Both the position numbers and the translations under genes were made by a program. DNA of 64,000 nt, from NCBI RefSeq assembly GCF_006345805.1, contig NW_021831988.1:124001-188000 (forward strand), in the 5' to 3' direction. The stretch is from Octopus sinensis (taxonomy: Eukaryota). Below the pieces are notes generated by a model, which worked only from the letters and a program-made list of their open reading frames with translations, was not told the DNA's origin and searched no databases. Of the stretch, positions 37,508 to 49,140 are shown piece by piece (the first letter of the stretch is position 1; every line of letters starts with the position of its first letter).

Positions 37508-38960
37508 ATTGATTTTGTTATAATTTACTATATTTTTGAATGGACTGCCCCTTAAAAAATAGAGCATTAATAATATTATTTGAACAATTTCCAACTACCT
37601 CTCACCACCAATTCCCTCTGAAGAGTTTAGTACGATCAAAAAGGTCATAACATTTCTTAAAGAATAGTACAACTACCTCGTCGTTATGATGTAACCAAGG
37701 TTAAAACTTATGAGATTTAGCTTCAGATTTTGAACTCACACTCAATAATTAATACTCATTACTAACACAATTCCTCATTTGGTTTGCTAAAATAATTTTA
37801 ATAAGTGGCTTAACTATTCTTGACCTACTCAAAGACATAAATAGCATCAAGTTTCATCAGATTAATTATGGTGATTTTTTATTATAAAGCAGTTTGATAT
37901 TATTTAAGAAAACCGATATATATGCATTAAAAAACAAATTGCACGACAAAACTCAAAATTGTACTATTTCAGTTAAAAACCATTTTCATAAAAAATATTT
38001 TCTTAAACAACAAAAATGCTAGTGTTTCTCCACGTATATTAGATCATGCTGCAGAAAATGTGCCCAAATACCTTATTATGTGACCAAGGATGTGCCCAAA
38101 AATCCTCCAGTGATTGTTTGTGATGTCCTGGCTGAATGACACCGGTTACTGAGCTTTTAAAGCGATGAATTGTTGATTTGTTTCGCCAATAAAACAAATC
38201 AAGATTCTTTTAGTATGTATTAGAAATTCCCATTTAGATAAATTGTACAGTTAACAAAAGCATTGACAATTGCGTTGGCCTGGAAGGACTCCGCAGACTA
38301 GCTCAAAACTGCAGAAGTTGGAAAATGAAAGTAATAAAAGGTTGTATGTGGTACGTGTCGAAATATGACTTTTTCTGTTTATGTTATATGGTATTTTCTA
38401 TAATAACAAAAATGCCAACTTATCTGTTCCTTTAAAAACTAAACATGAATCTTAGTAATTTCTTATTTGTCTCAAACACAATAATCCTTCTTGCATTCTA
38501 TATGGAGACTAGGTTTGTTAGTTTTAATGGAATGTAGCATTTTTTTAAAGTTCTAAGAACTCAACATTTTGTTTATAATCTTCACTAATGTTTGTCAGTT
38601 ACAATTATTTAAGACGACAAACTGGAATATCAACGGGGTGATGGCTTGTGTTGTTTTGATAACTAAGATTCAGATTTGTCAATTTTAAGACTCAAGCAGA
38701 AGTCAATGGTACCGCTAAAAATTGGCAAGATAGTTTTTTTTAATGAATTACCAAGTTTTGCTAATTTTTATGGGAATTAGACAAAAAGTAGCTTTCAACA
38801 CAATTATTGAGTCTTCCTTTTGCAACAATTTTTATTGTTTAAATTACAATTTTTCAATTGTGAAACAAGTGTTACCTGCGACAGTTTTTTTTAATTTTAT
38901 TGATTATTGACATGAGGCACAACAATGATATATAAAATAAAGACTGCATTTTATGAGTAT

Positions 38961-39898
38961 ATGCTTTGCGCTATAACTTTGATACTTTTTCTGAACAGAC
39001 AAATTACAAGTATATATTTTCATGATCGTAATAGCATACTGGAACTACGAATCGCTGAATAAAGGTCTACATGTAATATTGATGTTTAGATCCAAAAGCA
39101 TGGGACATGTTTCCAGAATGCCGAGGGAATCAACAAAGTCCCATAGACGTCACTAATGACTTGAAAATAACGGAAACATGTGATTTTGAGAATCTTTCTG
39201 ATGAATATACTGAATTCAAGCTGGTTAGGTCCGCGGGTGTCGGTATGTTTGAGATTACAATTGTCAGCTTATTATGACCAAGTCGGGGATACTTTATTCA
39301 AAATAAAATGCGGGTACGATCCGGAAGGAATATATCCTTTTGTACGTATTATGTTAAGGGATACGTCAGAACATTTACTCAAAGGCAGGAAATTCCCAGC
39401 AGAAGTTTTGTTTGTGGTTTATTTTGAAGCTTCAACTCATATTTATGGGGAATTCTGGATCCCGGTCAAATTATATCAACGGCAAGTCAATGAGGCTTGG
39501 ATTCTCCATTTTTCTTTATCCAAAGGTTTTTTAATACAAACTTATATGTTCAGAAAGGTAAAGATAATCAAAGAATTGAAAGCCTAATGGACTCGGTACA
39601 AAAAATACGAAACTACAGTTTCACTCATAAAATAAAAATCGGAAAACTTTTAAACAACCTGAAACTCCGCTACAGATATGTCGGATCGTTTCCGGTGCCT
39701 CCATGCACTGAAGGTGTCACATGGAGAATTGCTGCTGAATATATTAATTTAGAACAAGTTGGTTGAACTGTTTAGTGTTTTGTCCAGTATCAAAATATTA
39801 AAAAAATCAGAAGAAGCACTGAAAAAAGAATAAATAATGCGAGACCTGTTCAGAGGAGAAGCTCGGAATATTCCTTAAAAAAAGATCTAATTTTCTAA
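38961..39898 (+). CDS. Secreted alpha-carbonic anhydrase-like protein lacking zinc-ligand histidines
   Basis: Signal peptide; WNY...DPKAW; QQSPID; SEHLLKGRKFPAE-LQLI; YRYVGSFPVPPCTEGVTW; NARPVQ. Confidence 0.85.
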
Positions 39899-40214
39899 CT
39901 GTTTAATATTGAATGTTTATTAATTTACTAAAAATTACTAATTAATCAAACTGTTTAAATATTTGAAAACTAGAATTTATTTTATTTCTTTAAAGCCAAA
40001 ATAAATGAGTACTCACTGCTCACTGCGGAACTGGAGTGTCTATCTTGGACCCACACACAAGAGAAAGAAGAGCAAGTGAAGATAATTCCTTGGGTTTACC
40101 TATGATTAGTCAAAATTAAATTCTTTACTTAAAATAAAGTTTGTGTTCTGCACGTGCGAAGCTATAAATTACTATGGCTCTGCGTAAGGGAATATCATAA
40201 TAAGCAAGAATAAA

Positions 40215-40355
40215 TACTGTCACCGTCCAGACCGGCCAGGGCACCGGATCAGCGACATCGGGAAAATGAAAGAGCCACGCGAGGTTTCGTAGCTATTGAA
40301 GCGGATATCGATCGCCATTCTCCGTGGGAACACGCATGAGGGTGCGTGCTTTAGC
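40215..40355 (+). mobile_element. CRE-like 3' fragment
   Basis: GC-rich patch translating EPREVS*LLKRISIAILRGNTH. Confidence 0.6.
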
Positions 40356-40361
40356 CCCCGG

Positions 40362-40541
40362 AGTTTTGTTTGTGGTTTATTTTGAAGCTTCAACTCATAT
40401 TTATGGGGAATTCTGGATCCCGGTCAAATTATATCAACGGCAAGTCAATGAGGCTTGGACTCTCCATTTTTCTTTATCCAAAGGTTCTTTGATACAAACT
40501 TATATCTTCAGAAAGGTAAAGATAATCAAAGAATTGAAAGC
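40362..40541 (+). repeat. Partial duplicate of the carbonic anhydrase-like gene (39404-39583), introns retained
   Basis: Near-identical 180-bp direct copy beginning agttttgtttgtggtttattttgaag. Confidence 0.9.
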
Positions 40542-40594
40542 TTCTCAGCACTAGGAATTCTTTCGCCATCTGACACATAAAATAAGAAGTAATT

Positions 40595-42133
40595 ATTAAT
40601 GAGAATGCCAAAAATTTAATAATTAGCACATTTGAAAACATTCTAATTACATTGAAGTCCAATCAAGAGCCTTAGTGAAAATTGAGTTCCTGATATTCTT
40701 TAAATAAAGTAAAGAAAGGTTGAGGTTGGAATTGTGTCTTCAACAGGAAAGTAATTAACATTTCAAGACCCGCAGGGTTAATTAACTTTCCCCCAGAATT
40801 ATGTGCAGCTTTGTTTTTTGCAATAATCATTAAGACCTATTTGTTTAGGTATAAATTAAAATTACAGCATATGATGCTTCCAATCTCGGTTTATCTTGAG
40901 ATTTATTAAACCATTCAAGCTTTGGCTATGAATCAAATTTCGTTCTTTTGACTTAAAATATTCATGCGAGCAACAAAATACTGAGTGTGCAGACTCTTTG
41001 TCGCGCCCAAGTTGAGAAGTTGATTTGAAATTATTGTCCTCGCAGTGTCCTTTTTTAAAACGTCCTCCTAAAAAGATTAAATTTGGAATGAATGACATTC
41101 TTCAGCAAGAAAAGGAAACATGGACCTCCAACTTCCAAAAGCTTGTGACGAGGAATTCGAGATTTTCAGTGAATAGAAACGTTGTGAACATCCGCAGTGT
41201 ATTATCTGTCACAAATTCTTTCACCTAAATACATGAAGCCTTAATTACTTTTGCAGTATTAAGTTCCTAATAATCACGAAAATATCAGAAAACCGATTTT
41301 TTAAGAACAAAAAAATATTTGACAAATAGATGATTCATCCAATTTTGACCTCAATTTTATATTATCAAAAATCTCTTACATGATTTCACTTCGAATCGCT
41401 AAAAGCAAAAAAGCCGAATCATCGTCTACATTATTACTAATTTATCTTTCAAGAGACTTCGTAGATAGATCCATCGGTAATGGTAGTGCTCGGGTGAAAC
41501 ACACCACAAGAAAAAATGAAATCAAAAAATACCAATAAACGAATAATTAAAATTAGTCTTATTAGTTACTGATAACGATTATAATAAGCGATTGAGTTCC
41601 CCGTAATTATTCTTCTTCGTTTTTCGGTGAATGAAATAGTAGATTAATCCAAATACACATATTATTGCGAGAACACCGGCAATTATTCCAATAACTTTTT
41701 TAGAATTATTTTTAACCTGTGTGGCAATTGTCGTTTTGGCATGTGGGGCAGCTGTCGTCATTTTATGCGTCGAAGTTGTAATTTTGGGAGTTTTAGTGTT
41801 TTTTCTTTGATTAGTAACTTTTTTATTAGTAGTTGTTTTTTGTGAGGTTTTTGTACTTGAATTGATGTTTGCCTTTGTTGTTTTTTCTTGTTTTTTTTCA
41901 TCAGCTGCTGAGATCATTGAATTAATTAACAAAATTGATAAAATAAGTGCAAGCATATTGCAGAATGATAACGTTATAAATGGGTCAAATAATTCTATTC
42001 TTTCAATATAAAATAAACACTTTATCAAGAAAAAGAAAATTAAATTGATTTTAAATTTGTGAAATGTAAAACTTAAAAAAAATGAAGTTTTAAAAAATCA
42101 AATACATCAGAGTGAACTAACAACTATCGACAT
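40595..42133. repeat. Inverted segmental duplication, copy 1 (copy 2 at 61828-63297)
   Basis: Continuous reverse-complement near-identity. Copy 2 lacks about 42041-42108. Confidence 0.93.
41579..41956 (-). CDS. Small type I membrane mucin-like protein, copy 1
   Basis: Signal peptide MLALILSILLINSMISA, Thr/Lys-rich stalk, TM IIAGVLAIICVFGLIYYFI and tail RKTKKNNYGELNRLL. Confidence 0.75.
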   Translation of the reverse strand: MLALILSILLINSMISAADEKKQEKTTKANINSSTKTSQKTTTNKKVTNQRKNTKTPKITTSTHKMTTAAPHAKTTIATQVKNNSKKVIGIIAGVLAIICVFGLIYYFIHRKTKKNNYGELNRLL

Positions 42134-42412
42134 ACAAATAGACTCACAATTTATAAACATGAAGGCTTAAGAATTATGAGCATCAGGATAATATCATCTA
42201 GTGACTAACCCACAAATTGTTTACAAGATAGGTACAAATTATCTTAACTCAACTTATAAAATTGTGAAAAAACTGAAGCACCTGAATGTGAATTTTTATT
42301 GAGTTCTAAAATATATTTATTTCACGGAACCATATTGTTATATGTCTAATCATATAATTAATTTTTTGCAATATTATATTTAATTAAATTACAAAATAAA
42401 TATAGGTCGAAT

Positions 42413-42728
42413 ATGGCTGATATGTTGAATAAACCATACACTAAAAGAGGTTATAATTTTAAAAAATTATTATTTATTATAGAAGTGATTATTGTGGATC
42501 CAGTATTAATATCACATGAAGGAACACACTTAATTACTCCACATGTACTTTACGGCTGTCCAATTTGTGGAGTTATGCTTAATTTTCTAATTATTTTAGT
42601 GTCAACTGAGAGACCGGACATTCAGTATACTTGGAATATTTTTGGCTGTTATTTTCTTTCCAATTGGCCTAATTTGTTGTTTTTGTCTTCAAGATACCAT
42701 TTGCCGAAATTGCGGAAATGTTATTTAA
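42413..42728 (+). CDS. BRI3: Brain protein I3-like (BRI3) membrane protein, 2 introns
   Basis: Spliced GCPICG-CQLRDRTFSILGIFLAVIFFPIGLICCFCLQDTICRNCGNVI* matches BRI3 GCPAC...[32 protein letters not shown]. Confidence 0.78.
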
Positions 42729-43029
42729 CTCTAATAATTAACATCTTATGTACTCATAAAATCTTCTATGTTAGTGAAGTAGAGCAGTCGAGGACATATG
42801 ACCTATTTATGCCATTTCCTGTTTGATAGGACAATCGTCACTTCTTTTTTACTTGAATATTTAGTTATAATCAGATCAGTATTTTGCTATAATTCGTTAA
42901 AAAGAACCCTTTAAGTAGTGAGTCACTTACATGTGAGAAATGATATTTTTAAGGAGGAGAATACTATTTGTGGTTCGAATTTGAAATCTCTTGAATAATA
43001 TTTACCAATTTGATTTTGTTAATCAAGGA

Positions 43030-44170
43030 CCCAATATCCAAAGTCACCGGAGACCAGTTTGAACATTGTAGAAAGAGTCTCGTTGGCTTTAATCAGGGTG
43101 TCATTAAATCAAATCTGAAATATTCCGATTTCCACAAATTCTTTATTCCCAAATGAAAAAAAAGTCACGTGATCCCAATACCATTCATGAGGGTTCTCAT
43201 CTTTGCCCGATTTTTTTCAGGTGAACCCGCCCCAATGCGTCTTGGACGTCTAGCTCCGATCTCCATGATTGCATTATAGCTTCGTCTATATGAGTGGAAG
43301 AGGGCTTCCATGTTTATAGGAGTTAGGACTTTCTTCAAGTCCACCGCTCCATGAGTGTGAAGACTCTTTTTAGGCTGGACTCGATCTTCATCTTGTTGGA
43401 CCAGGAAATTGATTCACCCCATATCGCATATGCGTAAAATCAACAGGGCATAATGTACTGGTTGTATAAACACCCAAGTACGGTTCACATTTTGTTATGA
43501 CATTGTCGACGTGAGGAGAACATGTGAATATCTAAAGTAACTCTAATGATCTTCTGAATCCGATAAAACAGAATTTTGTTGTTGTCCAGTGTAAGATGCA
43601 CTAACTTCTTCCCAAGTCGTTTATCCAAGGTGAAAAAGAAGGTCGCTTACTTTTCTGAACAGGTTGATAGGCGGTTAGCAGTGATCCAGTATTCAAGTTT
43701 TGTTGTAGTCTTGATGAAGCAGCTAGAATGTCTCGATTTTCTGAAGGAATGAAGATGTTGTCGGCGCAAACAATTAGGATGTCGTTTTCATTATCCGATA
43801 AAGACAAATAAGTGATGAAAAGGTTAAACAGAGTGGGCGAAAGCGGTAGAGTCGATTGTATCATACAAATACGTCCTCTCCAACTATTGAGCAATTTGAA
43901 TATTTAATATGAATATCTTCTAAGTGAGTTTTCTCAATACTGAGTCGAAGGCCTTTTTAAGTCAATAGTACAGAGCAGTCTTTTGATGGCCGGGTTTTCC
44001 TAAGAATCCAATCTGAATAAAGTTCGTCAAAGTAGATATACGTGTCAAAGTAGATCTTTCTTTTTAAAACAGTGTTCGAAGGACATATTGGAGAGATACC
44101 CCTTAATATTCTAGAGAACAAGTTTTTCCAGGACCATTGACATGGAACAGAGTAGGGAAACTGGTAAATT
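43030..44170 (-). mobile_element. Decayed I/Jockey-like LINE reverse transcriptase
   Basis: LLDLKKAFDSV (RT3), LSPTLFNLFI (RT4) and CADNIFI (RT5), with stops and frameshifts. Confidence 0.7.
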
Positions 44171-44368
44171 CATATTTCTATCTAAAAAGGAATTTAATTT
44201 TTGAATTCATTTTATTCTAAAATATGAAACTCATTGGTAAAATAATACTCTGAATGGTTAAAAAAGACGATTTCTTACATATTTCCTATTTTGTACACTT
44301 TTTTCCTCAATTTCAATTTTGGAAACATTAATGTCAAATATATAGCGATTTTCTGCGCTGAATAGAAA

Positions 44369-45037
44369 ATGAACCGAGATCCTATTACTATTAAATGTGT
44401 AGTCGTCGGGGACGGGGGAGTAGGCAAAACATGTCTCATGATAACATATGCATATGGACAATACCCAGAGTCCTATGTCCCAACAGTTGAGTCATTCAAA
44501 TGTTAAATTTAGGTCTTTGATAATTACTCTGTGAATGTGTCTGTCAATTCCCAGGATGTCAATTTATGCATATTCGACACTGCGGGACAAGAGGAATATT
44601 CCTACATTCGAGCTCTCGCCTACAAAAACACGGACATTTTTATAATAACATTTTCTGTTGTTATACCTGCATCGTTCGATAACGTCAAATCATATGTTTT
44701 GCTTAAATATAATTATTTTAGTGGGTTCCGGAAATTAGAAAGAATTATGGATCGAATAGTTTGTGCATTTTGGTTGGGACTCAAGTCGACCTGCGAGAAG
44801 ACGCTTATATTAAAGAACAGCTAAGATTGAGATATCAGTCCCCCATAACCAGAGAACAAGGAATGGCCTTAGCCAGAGAACTGAATATGCAACACTATTT
44901 CGACACTTCGTCTTTTAAATTTGTATTTTGATGATTTTACAGTTTAGTATAATATTCGGGAATTAATGAATCAAGTTATTAAAAGCGTTTTAATTCAGAG
45001 AACGATCAAAGCTAAAAAGAAGTGTACGCTTTTATAG
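44369..45037 (+). CDS. Rho-family small GTPase, Cdc42/RhoQ-like, 3 tiny introns
   Basis: [16 protein letters not shown]...YVPT-VFDNY...FDTAGQEEY...[11 protein letters not shown]...KKKCTLL* (CAAX). Confidence 0.92.
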
Positions 45038-45827
45038 AACAGATTGATGATAAATATATTTTAAAATTAAACGTTTATTTTAATTATAATACCGTAATAT
45101 TTCCAATTTTTGTCAACCTGCAGCCAAATAAATTGTGTGTGCTGTCTCGGTCACTCACAAAAGGAACAGTCGTTATAAATTTACTTATATTGAGAGAGTA
45201 CTACACGTTCCTGCCACTAGGGACCAACAGAGTAGTCGTCGAGGCACCCGAATTAGTGAAGACTGAGATTAAAATAACTTTGTGCGATGATAGCATAAAC
45301 TATCAAAATACGCATGAAATAGCCAGTTTTTCTTTAAAAACAAAATGCAAAACAAAACATGCTCAATCCAGTAATAGTGGGAACACAAACATTACCTTCC
45401 GAGCTGTGGCAACTGAGCTAATCTAAAAAGTTGCTTTTGTCTATTTGAGTAAAATGCAAAATTTGTGGAGTCTTGAAAAGGCGTAGTTTGCCTGCAGGAT
45501 ATTTATAAAATCAAAGGACGTGGCCGCTTTTATTTATTCTGCGTTCCAACGGGTATCTGGTACTTTCTGCATTCAGTTCCCAATCTATTTGATAAGGTTC
45601 CGTGCGGATGGTCCATAAAGTAGATAGTAGATAGAAAAAAATTTAGTTAAAAAAATTATATTATATAAAATTTATTTAATGATTAATGAATATCTATTAA
45701 AATACTTTAATGCAATATTGTCTCACGTGATGTCTGATTTTTGTGATGAATTTGAGAATGATACAAAAAGAAAGTAAACAATTTCAAAAAACTAATTCTA
45801 TAAACTAGAAATAAAAGAAAAAACAAA

Positions 45828-48692
45828 ATGACTGCCAACAATCCACAAGAAACAACCCTTCCGGTCGAAGAAAACACTGACAATTCCCCAAAGGGGGGAA
45901 TGAAGACAGCAGCTCAAAAAAAACAGGAGAAAAAGCTAAGAGACAAACAAAAGCGAAAAGAAACAAAAACAGAAAATAAACACATTCTACCTGTCCAGGA
46001 AGAAGTGCCTGAAAAGGACATCACCGAGGACAAACAGGAACCAGAAAATGTCTCATCAAAAAAAACAAAAAAAAGAAATGCGGTTTTTTACTTTTTGAAT
46101 AAAACAGTTTGCCGCCCAAATCCGTGAAGCAATGATAATAAAAGAGCGAGAAGAAGAACGCCTGAGATTAGAACAGGAAGCTCTCCGCAAAAAAGCAGAG
46201 GAAGAAGAAAGACTGAGGCTCGAAGAGGAGGAAAAGGCCAAAGCCGCGGCTGAAAAGGCCAAGCAAGAAGCCCGAGAACTCAAAAAACGTCAAATCGCGG
46301 AAAATAAATTGGCAAACAGTAAAATCAACAAAGACCGTCAAAAAGTTAAAGAATTGTTACAAAGAAGAGGTAATCCCTTAAAAATATAATTCCAGGTCTC
46401 GATAAAGGACAACTCTCCAACATTTCCGTGGCCAAATCTGCCGCGACTGTTTCGACGGATGTGGGTACTCCCTGTATTCCCGATTCGACTGAAAATGACG
46501 GTTTTTTGATTATTTAATATTTTTAGTGGAAGAGGAGGAGATCTCTTCGGTCTACACAGGAGACTTGAATCTCCCGCCAGAAGAAAGGATAAAAGTAGAG
46601 GACATGTTTGATTTTGTAGGAGAGAAGGGTGGTGAATAAAGAGCGAAGGAGAGTGGACAATCTGCGAGCCCCGGTGGTGTGCGTTCTTGGGCACGTGGAC
46701 ACAGGGAAGACCAAAATCCTGGATAAAGTGGGGGATGTGTATTCATTGGCCAGTTGAGGCAGACCAATGTCCAGGACGGCGAGGCAGGGGGAATCACCCA
46801 GCAAATCGGAGCCACGAATGTCCCAATGCACGAAATCGTCAAGAAAACTTCGATGGTCAAAAACGTGAGTTTTGTACAAAAATAATTTTGATAGATCGAC
46901 TGTGGAAAATACAAGTTTCCCGGACTTTTAGTGATCGACACTCCTGGCCACGAGTCCTTTAGGTCTTTGATGTTGTTGATTTTGTAGTAATTTGAGGTCA
47001 CGTGGGTCGTCGTTGTGTGATATTGCAATATTGGTAGTCGATGTGATGCATGGACTGGAGAAGCAGACAATCGAGTCAATTAAACTATTAATTAACGGTA
47101 AAACCCCCTTTATTGTGGCACTCAATAAGGTTATTCGTGCTTCGGCTAATTTAGATTGATCGTCTAACAAAGTGGAACTCCCAGCCGGGGACGGACGTGA
47201 GGGATGTCTTGGAATCCCAAGTTCTCAACGTTCAACTCGATTTCAAGAGCCGATTTAGTAATATTGTGGCAGAATTTGCAATCCAGGCTGGTCATTGTGC
47301 ATATTGTTAGGGATTGAATGTCAGTTTGTTCCACGAGAATGACGATTTGTCTAACTGTGCGTCAGTTGTGCCCACATCTGCACTGTCTGGGGATGGAATG
47401 GGGAATCTAATGGCATTGGTGTGTGACATTTGTCAGGATAAACTGTCTCGGAAGTTGATGTACTCAGAGGAGGTCGATGCCACTGTAATGGAGGTTGGCA
47501 CCTTTTTATTTCTGAGGTAAAAACCATAACTGGGTTGGGGACAACCATCGATATTATCCTGGTTAATGGAATGGTGAAGGAAGGGAACACAATTGTGGTT
47601 GCAGGACAGGATGGGCCTATCGTCACGTCGGTGAGGTCCGTCCTCACTCCCCCGCCCATGAAGGAACTGAGGATTAAAGTAAGATAGGACAATTGAGAGG
47701 GCTAGTCGACTTATATTCATCACAAGGCAGTGAAGGGAGCCCGCGGAATTAAACTCACAGCAAAATCGTTGGAAGGAGCCATTGCAGGTCTTCCTCTCCT
47801 AGTGGCATATCACGAGGATGAGATTGAGTGTTGTTCGGTTGTGTTTATTGTGGTGTTGTAGAAAGAAGTCGCTCTTTGTCTCAAATCCGCGTTGAACTGC
47901 ATCAACCTGTCAGAACAAGGAGTATATGTCCAGGCCTCTACTTTGGGGTCACTCGAGGCACTTTTGGAGTTTTTGCGAACCAAGAATATTCCAGTATGTG
48001 TTGGTTTGACAAGTATGGCAGTACTGTGGAATCAATGTCGGGCCAGTCCATCGCAAAGATGTTGTCCACGCCTCAGTTATGCTAGAAAAGTGCAAAAAGT
48101 GGGCAGTGATTTTGGCCTTTGATGTCCCTGTGGATAAGGCAGCACAGGAATTGGCCGACTCACAGGGAGTAAAAATATTCACAGCGGACATAATATACCA
48201 CCTCTTCGATAAACTGACTCAATATGTGGAACAGGAACAAACGAGAGTAAAGAATTTGTACCGCCCAAAGACCATTTTTCCATGCCGTCTCAGAATTCTC
48301 CCCGAACATATCATTAAGACGAGGGATCCCATTATTTTGGGTGTTCGTGTGGAAGAGGGGATTCTCTGCACTGGGACTCCCATTTGTTTGCAGAGTGGGG
48401 TGTTTTTGGGGCGTGTAGCGTCGATTGAATCGTCCAATGTTCATGTGGCGAGTTCCCGCAAAGGGTCGGAGGTGGCTGTCAAAATCGTGTATAATGGCAC
48501 TGAGGGGAAAAAAATGTATGGAAGGCATTTTACTGAAGCGGATAATTTGTTGAGTCAGGCTGGATGAGTTGTGTTATGTAATAGGTCACCAGGGACTCGA
48601 TCGACATTTTGAAGCAGTATTTTAGGGATGAGCTCACCAAAGCTGATTGGAAGCTGATTGTGGAGTTGAAAGGATATTTTGGTATTGTTTAA
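45828..48692 (+). CDS. EIF5B: Translation initiation factor eIF5B, multi-intron
   Basis: K/E-rich N-terminus; [16 protein letters not shown]; [13 protein letters not shown]; DTPGHESF; MHGLEKQT; [19 protein letters not shown]; AVILAFDV; KMYGRHF. Confidence 0.96.
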
Positions 48693-49140
48693 ATTCATTA
48701 AATTACCTTCTACTTTTCTTTTATGCTTTATTTAAAATATGGATTTTATAGTCATCAGTAAATAACCTTTGATTCAACCGAAACATGCTCAGTTGTGCAT
48801 TTGAATTAATATAAAGCAGCATAATACGCCTAGGCATAGTTTAAATTGAATCTTTATTTTTTATTCTCAAGTAGCATCTAGGATTTCTTCCTGATCTGCC
48901 TGATTAATAATGTTTAATTCATTTAGTAATTTTCCGAATCCCTCTATTTCACAGGAAAAATCATCAATAATTCCACTCTGTTTTATTCCAGCAATTGTTA
49001 AGTCTTGCAAGAAATGTCACTCTAAGCATATGATGTAAAGATTACTGCATTTTTTACATTAATCTGTTTAAATAGCGATTCAGCATGTGTTTGGGAATCA
49101 ATTTTGTTTACAACATGTACTCAAATTTGTTGCAACTGTG

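Noticed and set aside
45022-45640. ORF 45022-45426 or a minus-strand spliced gene between the GTPase and EIF5B
   Set aside because: No recognisable motif, and no consistent spliced frame could be assembled on either strand.
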